64,000 nt of DNA from the human T2T-CHM13v2.0 reference genome, Homo sapiens: assembly GCF_009914755.1 (NCBI RefSeq), contig NC_060927.1. The stretch is one strand, 5' to 3'. Under the pieces are notes generated by a model. That model did no database searches. It had not been told where the DNA came from and saw only the letters and a program-made list of their open reading frames with translations. Made by a program: the position numbers and the translations under genes. Position 1 is the stretch's first letter, and each line of letters opens with the position of its first letter. Shown here in pieces: positions 27,707 through 39,935 of this stretch.

Positions 27707-28453
27707 TGGCCACTTTAATTTTGAGTTGCTTCTAGTGAAGTTAACACATTCTTCCAAAACGCACACAATTTGGGCTCATAATTTTGACACATAAAATTAG
27801 CTGGAGTCCCAAATGGTGTCATCTCAGACTCCTTGAATTGTGACAATCAATTTGACCCTCAACTCAATTTAGTTTCTCTCTAACCCAGTCAGTTACCCAA
27901 GGCCTCTTGAGTTCAATTCAGTTAACTATCAAATCTAATCCAACTCTGGATCTAGCACAGTTTTTCCAGTGACTTGTCAGTCACTGCAAATCCTGAAAGG
28001 TTATATGCCTTCTCATAGTACAAAACCCTGGATTCAAAAGCCGAAAATGAATTGAGTGCTTAATGAGAAAAGAACAGAGCTCAACCTGAGAGGAACTCAC
28101 AACATTTGAGGCTCTATGAAGAAGACATGGGACCTCAAAAGAGATCAGCAGTGCCTCTCCTGCATTCCACAAGGGGTCTCAGAAGTTGGGTCTCATCTGG
28201 TTCGCCCAAACTGTTAAAAGACAAAATTCCAACAAATTTAACTTAAAGATTTGAATTGGCTTTTATTCATGATTCCAGAATCAACTTCCAAACAGTCTGG
28301 GTCAAAAATTTGCTCACACAAACTCAGATAGCTCAAAACACAAACCTGTGGAGCTTTGGAATCTGAGAACTTAACCACAATCCCCAGTTGGGCCTGGTGA
28401 TGCCTCACTTGGTCACTTGCTGTTCCTGGGAGTCACTGAAAGCTCTACTTCAG

Positions 28454-28471
28454 ATCCCACTTCTGACACCA
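28454..28471 (-). promoter_or_regulatory. Primer-binding site, tRNA-Leu type
   Basis: TGGTGTCAGAAGTGGGAT, matching tRNA-Leu(CAA) 3' end complement, 3 nt from LTR end. Confidence 0.85.
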
Positions 28472-28474
28472 ATC

Positions 28475-29214
28475 CGTTAAAAGGAAAAGCTTTAGGCAAA
28501 TTACATTTAACAGAGTTTAACTGAGCAAGAAATGATTCACAAACCAGACGGTCCCCATAACCAGAATAGGTTTAGATCAACTCCAGCTGCATGGTCAGAT
28601 AACGTTTATGGACAGAAAAAGAATACTGATATACAGAAAACAAAAATTAGGTGTGGAAACAACTGGATTGGTTATGGCTCAGCATGTGCCATATTTAAAA
28701 ATAGCTTAAGGCCGGGCGCGGTGGCTCATGCCTGTAATCCCAGCACTTTGGGAGGCCCAGGCGGGCAGATCACGAGGTCAGGAGATCGACACCATCCTGG
28801 CTAACGCATTGAAACCCCGTCCCTACTAAAAATGCAAAAAAATTAGCCAGATGTGGTGGCGGGCACCTGTGGTCCCAGCTACTCAGGAGGCTGAGGCAGG
28901 AGAATGGTGTGAACCTGGGATGCAGAGCTTGCAGTGAGCCAAGATCACACCACTGCATTCCAGCCTGGGTGACAGAGTGAGACTCCGTCTCCAAAAAGAA
29001 AAAAAAAAAAAATAGCTTAAACAGTTGGCCACTCATAATTGGGTGAAACTTGGCTGCTGTGATTGGCTGAGACTCAGCTACTTGCTACAAGAGTAGGTTA
29101 CAGTCTGTTTACACATCAAGTTAGTTTACAGTTCACTGTGCATGGAGAAACTTTTAGTCCAGACTTAAACTACCTATGGAGGCAGGTTTAGGACAAACTT
29201 AATTCAATTAAACA
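28475..29214 (-). mobile_element. MER57-type 5' LTR (interrupted by AluY)
   Basis: Minus-strand start TGTTTAATTGAATTAAGTTTGTCCTAAACCTGCCTCC; CCAAT repeats; abuts PBS. Confidence 0.75.
28710..29007 (+). mobile_element. AluY
   Basis: Y diagnostics (GAGATCG, GGCTAAC, GAATGG, GAGCTTGCAG); TSD AAAAATAGCTTAA. Confidence 0.9.
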
Positions 29215-31100
29215 TGTCCTTTTGATTATAGTCATCTTAGAGGGCATGAATTGGTATCTCATGTGGTTTTGATTTGTAGTTCTTTAATGGCTGATGCTTG
29301 ATGGTCTCTTGGCCAACCCAGCCTCTCCCCGTCTTCTTGCTTGTAGCTCTCAGAATAACTGGTGAATGCTCTGTGAATGCAACACCCTGAGATAGGGAAG
29401 GACTGCCTGAAATACCCTGGACTTTGTTCCTATCCTTACTAGGAAATGTAACATCTTGAGATAGGGAGAAACTGTCTGGGACAGCTTGGGCTCTTTTTCC
29501 CTCCCCTAGAAACAAGATGTCCTCATGATTCATATTCTTCTGAAGTATATAGCCCAGGGTGGACTGCTTCTCAAGGTAGCTCAGCTGGAGTGCAAGCTGG
29601 GAATGCAGTCAAGGCTTCATCCACCCCAGGCAGCTTTCCTGAGCCTTGGGAGACTGGCTCTCAATGAATCCAAGCTGCTTTTATCCTTTGCTGCCTATCT
29701 GTAAGTAATGAATCTGCTTCATATAACTTGTTGCATGTGAATGGGTTCTGTCTTACTGGACTTGGACAAGTAGGAAAACTTCAGCCCAGGATGCAGTGGG
29801 CAGAAGTGTTTGGACTGTTATTACTAATGGTTGGCTTAGTAATGATCTTTGGTGTCCTCCATTCAGTGGCAATCATCCCTTGGGACTGATCATTATTAAA
29901 CCTGTTTCACAGCTAATGTTAATCTTTTCATGTGCTTATTTATCCATTCGTGTATCTTCTTTGGAAAAAGGTATATTCAAACCATTTCAAATTTTTAAAT
30001 TGGGTTGTCTTTTTATTATTGAGTTATCAGTTCTTTATATATTCTGGATACAAGTCTTATCAGATAAATGATTTGCAAATATTTTCTCTGAGTCTGTTGA
30101 TTCTTTTTTTGGTAGCATCCTTTGAAGAACCTAAGTTATTTACTTTGATTAAATCTAACTTACCAATCTTCTTTTTTATTGCTTATGTTTTTGGTATTAT
30201 ATCTAAGAAATCATTGCCTAATCTCAAATTACAAAGATTTATTCCTGTATTTTCTTCTAAGGATTTTATAGTTTTAGCTTTTACCTTTAAGTCTATGATA
30301 CACTTTGAGTTAGATTTTGTGTACGGTGCGAGGTAGGGGTCCAACTTGATTCTTTCGCATGCGAATATCCAGTTGTCCGCCGCCATTTGAAGAAAAGACT
30401 ATTCTTTCCCCATTGAAGTGTCTTGGCTTATTTCTCTGAAGTAAACTGACCATAAATTTTAGTGCTTATTTCTGGATCCACAATGCCATCTAATTGATCC
30501 AAACACCCTATTTCAGGAAAATCTTTTTACTAACTAGAATACATATAGAAATAACAAATTTTAAATGTATCCTTTTGATTAATTTTTGCAAAGTGAACAC
30601 AACTATGTAGCCAGCACCCAGACTTAGAAATGTAACATTACTAGCACCTCACAAAGTGCTTTGTACCTCTCCTAGTCATTATCCCCAAAGGTAATCACTC
30701 TCCTGACCCTTATCACCAGAAATTAGTTTTGCATTTTTTTGGATTATATATAAATGGCACCATATAGCATGTGCTACTTCTTGTCTAGCTTCTTACCCTT
30801 TGTATTTTGTTTGTAAGATCCATCCATGTTGTTGCATGTAGCAACAGTTCATGCATTCTCATTGCTGTATAGTATTCTATTATGTGGAATTCTAGTTTTT
30901 GTTTATATGTTTTACTACTTATGGACATTTGAGATGTTTCCAGTTTTTGGCTTTTGAGAGTAGTGTTGCCATATACATACTTAAACCTGTCTTTTAGTAA
31001 GCATAAATATGCATTTCGGCCAGGTAGATTCAGCCTAGGAGTGGAATTGCTGGGTCACAGAATGTATATATTCAGCAGTTTTTCAAAGAGGTTGCACAAA
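29215..31100 (-). mobile_element. Ancient L1M fragments
   Basis: ORF2 C-terminal similarity (ORF 30183-30386 KLDPYLAPYTKSNSK..DLKVK..LEENTG) and L1M 3' UTR-like sequence; interrupted by an LTR. Confidence 0.75.
29296..29910 (+). mobile_element. LTR47-like ERVL solo LTR
   Basis: CTCAGAATAACTG..GAATGCAACACCCTGAGATAGG motif, repeated internally; boundaries approximate. Confidence 0.55.
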
Positions 31101-31104
31101 TTTA

Positions 31105-31250
31105 CATGGAAATAAGGACATCTGTTTTTCAAAAGATGCCATTAACAAAGTGAAAAGTCCACAGAGTGGAGGAAGATATTTGCAATATATGTATTTATAT
31201 CAGAATAAGCAAATAACTCTTACAAATCAATAACAAAAAGACAAGACAGA
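31105..31250 (+). mobile_element. L1M fragment, resumes at 38446-38690
   Basis: ...AAATCAATAACAAAAAGACAA | CCAATAGAAAAA... continuity across the Alu fragment and HERV-W insertion. Confidence 0.7.
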
Positions 31251-31342
31251 GACTGAGACAGGAGGAGATTGCTTCAGCCTAGGAGTTTGAATCCAGTCTG
31301 GGCAACATAGTGAGGCCCTATCTCTATTGAAACAAAAAAAAA
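31251..31342 (+). mobile_element. Truncated Alu monomer (FLAM-like)
   Basis: CTGAGACAGGAGGAGATTGCTTCAGCCTAGGAGTTTG...GGGCAACATAGTGAG..CTCT plus A-tail. Confidence 0.75.
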
Positions 31343-31874
31343 GGGGGGGGGCTACCCTTTTTGGGTCCCCTCCCTTTGTATGGGAGCTCTGTTTTCACTC
31401 TATTAAATCTTGCAACTCTCTTCTGGTCCATGTTTGTTATGGTTCAAGCTGAGCTTTTGCTCACCGTCTGCTACTGCTGTTTGCTGCTGTCACAGACCTG
31501 CCGCTGACTTCCATCCCTCTGGATCTGGCAGGGTGTCCGCTGTGCTCCTGACCCAGTGAGGGGCCCATTGCTGCTCCCAATTGGGCTAAAGGCTTGCCAT
31601 TGTTCCTGCACGGCTAAGTGCCCGGGTTCGTCCTAATTGAGCTGAACACTAGTCACTGGGTTCTACGGTTCTCTTCCGTGACCCACGGCTTCTAGTAGAG
31701 CTATAATGCTCACCACATGGCCCAAGATTCCATTCCTTGGAATCCGTGAGGCCAAGAACCCCAGGTCAGAGAACACGAGGCTTGCTGCCATCTTGTAAGC
31801 AGCCCACCGCCATTTTGGAAGCAGCCCACCACCATCTTGGGAGCTCTGGGAGCAAGGACCCCCCAGTAACATTT

Positions 31875-31892
31875 TGGCAACCACAAAGGGAC
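31875..31892 (+). promoter_or_regulatory. HERV-W primer-binding site (Arg-like), splice donor GTGAGT at 31903
   Basis: TGGCAACCACAAAGGGAC vs tRNA-Arg complement TGGCGACCACGAAGGGAC (two CpG transitions). Confidence 0.8.
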
Positions 31893-33749
31893 CTCCAAAG
31901 TGGTGAGTAATATTGGACCACTTTCACTTGCTCTTCTGTCCTATCCTTCCTTAGAATTGGAGGAAAATACCAGGGACCTGTCAGCCAGTTAAAAACAATT
32001 AGCATGGCCGCCAGACTTAAGACTCATGTGTGAAGCTATCTGGGGAAGGGCTTTCTAACAATCCCCAACCCTTCTGAGTTGGGAACATTGGTCTGCCTGG
32101 AGCCAGCTTCCACTTTCAGTTTTCCTGGGGAAGCCAAGGGCCGACTAGAGGCAGAAAGCAGTCATCCCAAACTCCCGGCATTAGCTGGTTGAGATCATGG
32201 CGCAGCCAGAAGTCTCTACTCAACAGTCGCCCATGCGGGCGCTCCTACCTTTCCTTCTGACCCATACCTCCTGGGTCCTGACCATGACTTTCTTGAAAGT
32301 GTAGTCCCAAAATTCTCCTTACCTCTGAATCTACTTCCTCTGATCCCTGCCTCCTAGGTACTAATGGTTCAGACTTTCCTTTCCTCTAGCAAGTTGTAAC
32401 TCCAAAGGGATCTAAGGAAGCTCTACACTGTGTCCTTAGGCATCTAGGCTATAAACCCAGGGAGTCTTATCCCTGGTGTCCCTCCCAATTTAGGTATACA
32501 GCTCTCAACATGGGCTGTATACCTGCCCCAAGTTTGTAATGGCTAAGAGAGAGAGACAGAGAGGAGAGAGAGAGACAGAGAAGAGAGACAGAGAGAAAAA
32601 GAGGGAGTCAAAGAGAGAGAAATATAGAAATAGTAAAAAAAAAAAAAAAAAAAAAAAAAAGTGTGCCCTATTCCTTTAAAAGCCAGGGTAAATTTAAAAC
32701 CTATAATTGATAATTGAAGGTCTTCTCCATGAGCCTATAACACTCCAACACTACCTTGTTGTCAGTGTAAACAAAGGCATAGCTTGAAAATACTGAGACC
32801 ACTGACAACCCGTAGCCTTCCTATGACAAATCCTTAACCCAGTAACCCGCAGATGGCCCTGGCCCAAATGCATTCAATCTGTAGCGGCAACTGCTTTGCT
32901 AACAGAAGAAAGTAGAAAAGTAACTTTTAGAGGAAACCTCATGTGAGCACACCTCACCAGTTCAGAATTATTCTAAGCCAAAAAAAGCAAAAAGGTAGCT
33001 TACTAACTCAAAAATCTTAAAGTATAGGGTTAGTCTGTTAGAAAAAGGTAATATAACACTAACCACTGATAATTCCCTTAACCCAGCAGATTTCCTTACA
33101 GGTGATTTAAATCTTAATTACCATACAAAGGTCTGACCAGACCTAGGAAGAGCTCCCTTCAGGACAGGATGATAGATGGTTCCTCCCAGATGATTGAGGA
33201 AAAAACCACAATGGGTATTCAATAATTGATAGGGAGACTCTTGTGCAAGCAGAATTAGGAGAATTGCCTAATAATTGGTCTACTCAAACTTTCGAAATGT
33301 TTGCACTCAGCCAAGCCTTAAAGTACTTACAAAATCAAAAAGACTATCTCAATCCTGACTCAAAAGGTTACCTACACCCTCTCTGAAACGAATTTGCATA
33401 AGAACTGTTGTTTATGGGAGTGCATCTTGATGGGGCAGCTGGTTTGTTAGGAAATACTCAGGAACCCAGCCCAGCTCTAGAACTCACCCCTGAGCACAAA
33501 GGCAATGTTGGGCACGCTGTTAAAGGAGCACTAGAATCCAGTAGCCTGGACCCCTTTCTTTGCGGTCAAGAAAGGTGGGAAAAGGGGTGCAGGACTGCTA
33601 CATCAGTGAGTGTAAATAATCCGATAAGCAGAGGTCCATGGGTGGTTACGCACCCTGGAAAGGAATAAGCATTAGGACCATAGAGGACACTCTATGACTA
33701 ATGCTCATCGGAAAATGACTAGGGGTGCTGGCATCCCTATGTTCTTTTT

Positions 33750-35200
33750 CCCCACAAGGCAAAAACGCCCCTAAGATGTATTCTGGAGAATTGGGTCCAA
33801 TTTGACCCTCAGACGCTAAGAAAGAAATGACTTATATTCTTCTGCAGTACCGCCTGGCCATGATATCCTCTTCAAGAGTGAGAAACCTGGCCTCCTGAGG
33901 GAAGTATGAATTATAACACCATCTTACAGCTAGACCTCCTTTGTAGAAAAGAAGGCAAATGGAGTGAAGTGCCATATGTACAAACTTTCTTTTCATTAAG
34001 AGACAACTCGCAATTATGTAAAAAGTGTGATTTATGCCCCACAGGAAGCCCTCAGACTCTACCTCCCTACCCCAGCATCCCCTCGACTCCTTCCCCAACT
34101 AATAAGGACCCCCCACTTCAACCCAAACGGTCCAAAAAGAGATAGACAAAGGGGTAAACAATGAATCAAAGAGTACCAATATTCCCCAATTATGCCCCCT
34201 CCAAGCAGTGGGAGGAGGAAAATTCAGCCCAGCCAGAATGAATGTAACTTTTTCTCTCTCAGACTTGAAGCAAATTAAAAGAGACCTAGGTAAATTCTCA
34301 GATAACCCTGACGTCTATACTGATGTTCTACAAGGGTTAGGACAATCCTTTGATCTGACATGGAGATATATAATGTTACTGCTAAATCAGACACTAACCC
34401 AAATGAGAAAAGTGCCGCTGTAACTGCAGCCCGAGAGATTGGCATTCTCTGGTATCTCAGTCAGGTCAATGGTAGGATGACAACAGAGGAAAGAGAACGA
34501 TTCCCCACAGGCACGCAGGCAGTTCCCAGTGTAGACTCTCATTGGGACACAAAATCAGAACATGGAGATTGGTGCCGCAGACATTTGCTAACTTGCGTGC
34601 TAGAAGGACTAAGGAAAACTAGGAAGAAGCCTATGAATTACTCAATGATGTCCACTATAACACAGGGAAAGGAAGAAAATCCTACTGCCTTTCTGGAGAG
34701 ACTAAGGGAGGCATTGAGAAAGCATACCTGTCTGTCACCTGACTCTGTTGAAGGCCAACTAATCTTAAAGGATAAGTTTATCACTCAGTCAGCTGCAGAC
34801 ATTAGAAAAAAACTTCAAAAGTTTGCCTTAGGCCCAGAACAAAACTTAGAAACCCTACTGAACTTGGCAACCTCGGTTTTTTATAATAGAGATCAGGAGG
34901 AGCAGGCGGAATGGGACAAACGGGATAAAAAAAAAGGCCACCACTTCAGTCATGGCCCTCAGGCAAGCAGACTTTGGAGGCTCTGGAAAAGGGAAAAGCT
35001 GGGCAAATCAAATGCCTAATAGGGCTTGCTTCCAGTGCAGTCTACAAGGACACTTTAAAAAAGATTGTCCAAATAGAAATAAGCCACCCCCTTGTCCATG
35101 ACCCTTATGTCAAGGGAATCACTGGAAGGCCCACTGCCCCAGGGAATGAAGGTCCTCTGAGTCAGAAGCCACTAACCAGATGATCCAGCAGCAGGACTGA
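33750..35200 (+). pseudogene. HERV-W gag, disrupted
   Basis: MA-like [25 protein letters not shown]; CA/MHR ITQGKEENPTAFLERLREAL; NC CFQCSLQGHFKKDC ~35027; stops and frameshifts. Confidence 0.9.
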
Positions 35201-37790
35201 GGGTGCCCGGGGCAAGCGCCAGCCCATGCCATCGCCCTCACGGAGCCCCGGGTATGCTTGACCATTGAGGGCCACGAGGTTAACTGTCTCCTGGACACTG
35301 GTGCGGCCTTCTCAGTTTTACTCTCCTGTTCCGGACAACTGTCCTCCAGATCTGTCACTATCTGAGGGGTCCTAGGACAGCCAGTCACTAGATACTTCTC
35401 CCAGCCACTAAGTTGTGACTGGGGAACTTTACTCTTTTCACATGCTTTTCTAACTATGCCTAAAAGCCCCACTACCTTGTTAAGGAGAGACATTCTAGCA
35501 AAAGCAGGAGCCATTATACACCTGAACATAGGAGAAGGAACACCCGTTTGTTGTCCCCTGCTTGAGGAAGGAATTAATCCTGAAGTCTGGGCAACAGAAG
35601 GAAAATATGGACGAGCAAAGAATGGCCATCCCATTCAAATTAAACTAAAGGATTCTGCCTCCTTTCTCTACCAAGGCAGTACCCCCTTAGACCTGAGGCC
35701 CAACAAGGACTCCAAAAAATTGTTAAGGAACTAAAAGCCTAAGGCCTGGTAAAACCATGCAATAGCTCCTGCAATACTCCAATTTTAGGAGTACAGAAAC
35801 CCAATGGACAGTGGAGGTTAGTGCAAGATCTCAGGATTATCAATGAGGCCATTGTTCCTCTATACCCAGCTGTACCTAACCCTTATACTCTGCTTTCCCA
35901 AATACCAGAGGAAGCAGAGTGGTTTACAGTCCTGGACCTTAAGGATGCCTTTTCCTGCATCCCTGTGCATCTTGACTCTCAATTCTTATTTGCCTTTGAA
36001 GATCCTTCGAACCCAATATCTCAACTCACCTGGACTGTTTTACCCCAAGGGTTCAGGGATAGCCCCCATCTATTTGGCCAGGCATTAGCCCAAGACTTGA
36101 GCCAGTTCTCATACCAGGACACTCTTGTCCTTCAGTACATGGATGATTTACTTTTAGCCGCCTGTTCAGAAACCTTGTGCCATCAAGCCACCCGAGCGCT
36201 CTTAAATTTCCTTGCCACCTGTGGTTTCCAAACCAAAGGCTCAGCTCTGCTCACAGCAGGTTAAATACTTAGGGCTAAAATTATCCAAAGGTACCAGGGC
36301 CCTCAGTGAGGAATGTATCCAGCCTATACTGGCTTATCCTCATCCCGAAACCCTAACGCGACTAAGAGGGTTCTTTGGCATAACAGGCTTCTGCTGAATA
36401 TGGATTCCCAGGTATGGCAAAATAGCCAAGCCATTATATACACTAATTAAGGAAACTCAGAAAGCCAATACTCATTTAGTAAGATGGACACCTGAAGCAG
36501 AATCGGCTTTCTAGGCCCTAAAGAAGGTCCTAACCCAAGCCACAGTGTTAAGCTTGCCAATGGGGCAAGACTTTTCTTTATATGTCACAGAAAAAAACAG
36601 GAATAGCTCTAGGGGTCCTTACACAGGTCTGAGGGATGAGCTTGCAACCTGTGGCATACCTGAGTAAGGAAATCAATGTAGTGGCAAAAGGTTGGCCTCA
36701 TTGTTTATGGGTAGTGGTGGCAGTAGCAGTCTTAGTATCTGAAGCAGTTAAAATAATACAGGGAAGAGATGTTACTGTGTGGACATCTCATGATGTGAAC
36801 GGCATACTCACTGCTAAAGGAGACTTGTGGCTGTCAGACAACCATTTACTTAAATATCAGGCTCTATTACTTGAAAGGCCAGTGCTGCAACTGTGCACTT
36901 GTGCAACTCTTAACCCAGCCACATTTCTTCCAGACAATGAAGAAAAGATAGAACATAACTGTCAACAAGTAATTGCTCAAACCTACACCACTCGAGGGGA
37001 CCTTCTAGAGATTCCCTTGACTGATCCAGACCTCAACTTGTATACTGATGGAAGTTCCTTTGTAGAAAAAGAACTTCGAAAAGCGGGGTATACAGTGGTC
37101 AGTGATAATGGAATACTTGAAAGTAATTCTCTCACTCCAGGAACTAGTGCTCAGCTGGCAGAACTAATAGCCCTCACTTGGGCACTAGAATTAGGAGAAG
37201 GAAAAAGGGTAAATATATATACAGACTCTACGTATGCTTGCCTACATGCCCATACAACAATATGGAAAGAAAGGGAATTCCTAACTTCTGAGGGAACATC
37301 TATCAAATATCAGGAAGCCATTAGGAGATTATTATTGGTGGTACAGAAATCTAAAGAGGTGACAGTCTTACACTGCCAGGGTCATCAGAAAGAAAAGGAA
37401 AGGGAAATAGAAGGGAACCGCCAAGTGGATATTGAAGCAACAAGAGCCACAAGACAGGACCCTCCATTAAAAATGCTTATAGAAGGACCCCTAGTATGAG
37501 GTAATCCCCTCTGGAAAACCAAGCCCCAGTACTCAGAAGAAGAAATAGAATGGGGAACCTCAGGAGCACATAGTTTCCTCCCCTCAGGATGGCTAGCCAC
37601 CAAAGAAGGAAAAATACTTTTGCCTGCAGCTAACCAATGGAGATTACTTAAAACCCTTCCCCAAACCTTTTACTTAGGCATTGATAGCACCCATCAGATG
37701 GCCAAATCATTATTTACCGGGCCAGGCCTTTTCAAAACTATCAGGCAGATAGTCAGGGCCTGTAAAGTGTGCCAAAGAAATAATCCCCTG
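35200..37790 (+). pseudogene. HERV-W pro-pol, disrupted, integrase truncated
   Basis: Protease LLDTGAAFS ~35287; RT LDLKDAF, LPQGFRDSP, YMDD (ORF 35821-36264); RNase H LYTDGSSF, AQLAELIAL, IYTDS (ORF 36636-37499); IN zinc finger C..C then deletion. Confidence 0.92.
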
Positions 37791-39399
37791 CACTGCAGGT
37801 CATACATTTCAATCCCTGTATCTTTAACGTCCTTGTTAAGTTTGACTCTTCCAGAATCAAAGCTGTAAAACTACAAATCGTTCTTCAAATGGAGCCCCAG
37901 ATGCAGTCCATGACTAAGATCTACCGCAGACCCCTGGACCGGCCTGCTAGCCCATGCTCCAATGTTAATGACATCGAAGGCACCCCTCCCAAGGAAATCT
38001 CAACTGCACAACCCCTATTATACCCCAATTCAGCAGGAAGCAGTTAGAGTGGTCATTGGCCAACCTCCCCAACAGCACTTGGGTTTTCCTGTTGAGAGGG
38101 GGTACTGAGAGACAGGACTAGCTGGATTTCCTAGGTCGACTAAGAATCCCTAAGCCTAGCTGGGAAGGTGACTGCATCCACCTTTAAACACAGGGCTTGC
38201 AACTTAGCTCACACCTGACCAATCAGGTAGTAAAGGGAGCGCACTAAAATGCTAATTAGGCAAAAACAGGAGGTAAAGAAATAGCCAATCATCTATTGCC
38301 TGAGAGCACAGCAGGAGGGACAATGATCAGGATATAAACCCAGGCATTCGAGCTGGCAATGGCTACCCTCTTTGGGTCCCCTCCCTTTGTATGGGAGCTC
38401 TGTTTTCATTCTATTAAATCTTGAAACTGCAGGGAAAAAAAAAAGTCCAATAGAAAAACAAGCACACGACCTGAACAAACACTTTCACAAAGAAGAGAGC
38501 AAAATGACCAAAAACATATGAAAAGGTGCTCAAATTTATTAGTCACCAGAGAAATGCAAATTGAAGCCACAATGTATTGTATCACAATGTAATACAATAT
38601 ACCCACCAGAATAGCGAAGATGCAGGCAATAATGTGGAACAATGGAAAACCCTCACACACTTTCAGGTAGTTTAAATAGGTACAAATAGCCTTTCAACAT
38701 GTGCTAATTTATGACCACAATATTTCTTCTCTATTCACTTTCACTAGATTGTGCAACCCTTCCTACCCCCATACGTATCAAGAATTTCAAGACAAATATC
38801 AGAGTGTTAAGTTCTATTCAGGTCTAAAATTGTATCCATGTGAGAGATGTTAATGGGTTAGGGAACTGGGGTTGTGTGGACACCTAGCCACTGCCTGGTG
38901 AGCATTCCCCCCCCCTTTTTTTTTTTTCCTGCTCTGTGATACATTTCTAAGAAAATCAGAGTCTGATTTTAATCCTGAGGCTGTGGTATTTTCTATAGTA
39001 GGAGCAAGCAATCTTAAAGCAAGTGGGTCTGCAAGCCAGCTGGGGCAGCACCACAAATCCAGGAACTTCTATGTGTGGCTTCAGACATCTCTATGGTTTC
39101 CACCTGGCTGGCTTCCTAGCCCTCTGTTTGCATGCGCTCCTGTGCCTCTTACAGCCTGCTTCTGGTTTGGGATTCGGGTCTTGGCTCTTGCAACTAGACT
39201 CTCACTTGCCTGCTGCCTGCTCCAGGCTCTGCCTCAGCCTTAGCTCTGCCTTGCAGGCATCATCATCATCTATGTGTAACTCCAAAGTACTGGGCATGGA
39301 AAATCAAAGCAGGACTAGGAGTGTTCACATTGAGGTGTGGTCAAATATTTCATGGGGTGGGAGGGCAGGAGGAGAGCTTAATCAGGGCACAGAGGTCCA

Positions 39400-39935
39400 G
39401 GTAGCTGAAGTGAACATTCTTGTCAGCCCAATATCCGGTCACTTTTCTTGTAACAACACACTGATTATCCTTAAGGAAATGTTGCTTCTGCTCTCTCAGT
39501 TAATATGATTTGGATAAAGCTAAATCCATCCCCAGTTCCAGGATGCTGAGGTGACTACAGACTGGCCAAACAGAACATTATGTTTCCCTGGCCACAGAAA
39601 TGGATGCAGACATGGCCATGTGACTCAGAGCCTTGGTAATATAGTTGGGGGAGAATTGCTTTTTCTGCAGGGAAGTCTGAGAAGAGAGAATGAAAGTGTA
39701 GGATTTGGCTAGTAGACATGGCCATCTTGCTGGTAGGAATGGATACTCGCCTTAGAAAAAGACAAACTGCAGAACAGAGACAGAAGAGAGACCAGGCCCC
39801 AATGACAATGTTGGAACTCCTCAGTCCATCTGTGTGGAAAGGCAGGACTACCTCCAAACTTGTCAATTATGTGAGTCAACTAATGTTCTTTTTGTTTAAG
39901 CCAATTCAAATCGGGTTTCTGCTACCAAATAAGTC
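39400..39935 (+). mobile_element. Old MLT1-type MaLR LTR
   Basis: End motif TATGTGAGTCAACTAATGTTCTTTTTGTTTAAGCCAATTCAAATCGGGTTTCTG; CATGTGACTCAGAGC. Confidence 0.6.

Larger units (their letters stand above)
22280..28474 (-). mobile_element. MER4-group ERV1 internal region (MER57-int/MER34-int-like), no 3' LTR seen
   Basis: env remnant at 22510-23541, integrase-like debris ~23800-24450, AT-rich MER4-group internal sequence, leader next to PBS; interrupted by Alus and THE1D. Confidence 0.65.
31350..38444 (+). mobile_element. HERV-W (HERV17/LTR17) processed pseudogene
   Basis: 5' LTR is R-U5 only (31350-31871); PBS; AG-rich leader; gag-pro-pol; env mostly deleted; PPT; 3' LTR is U3-R only (38106-38431) with ATTAAA at 38413 and poly(A) at 38435-38444. 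Confidence 0.95.

Noticed and set aside
32635-32660. A-run as a poly(A) tail of a separate insertion
   Set aside because: It ends the AG-rich HERV-W leader tract, has no TSD, and HERV-W sequence continues on both sides.
37800-38105. Syncytin-1/ERVW-1-like env gene
   Set aside because: Only the last ~300 bp of the env region remain; SU and most of TM are absent.
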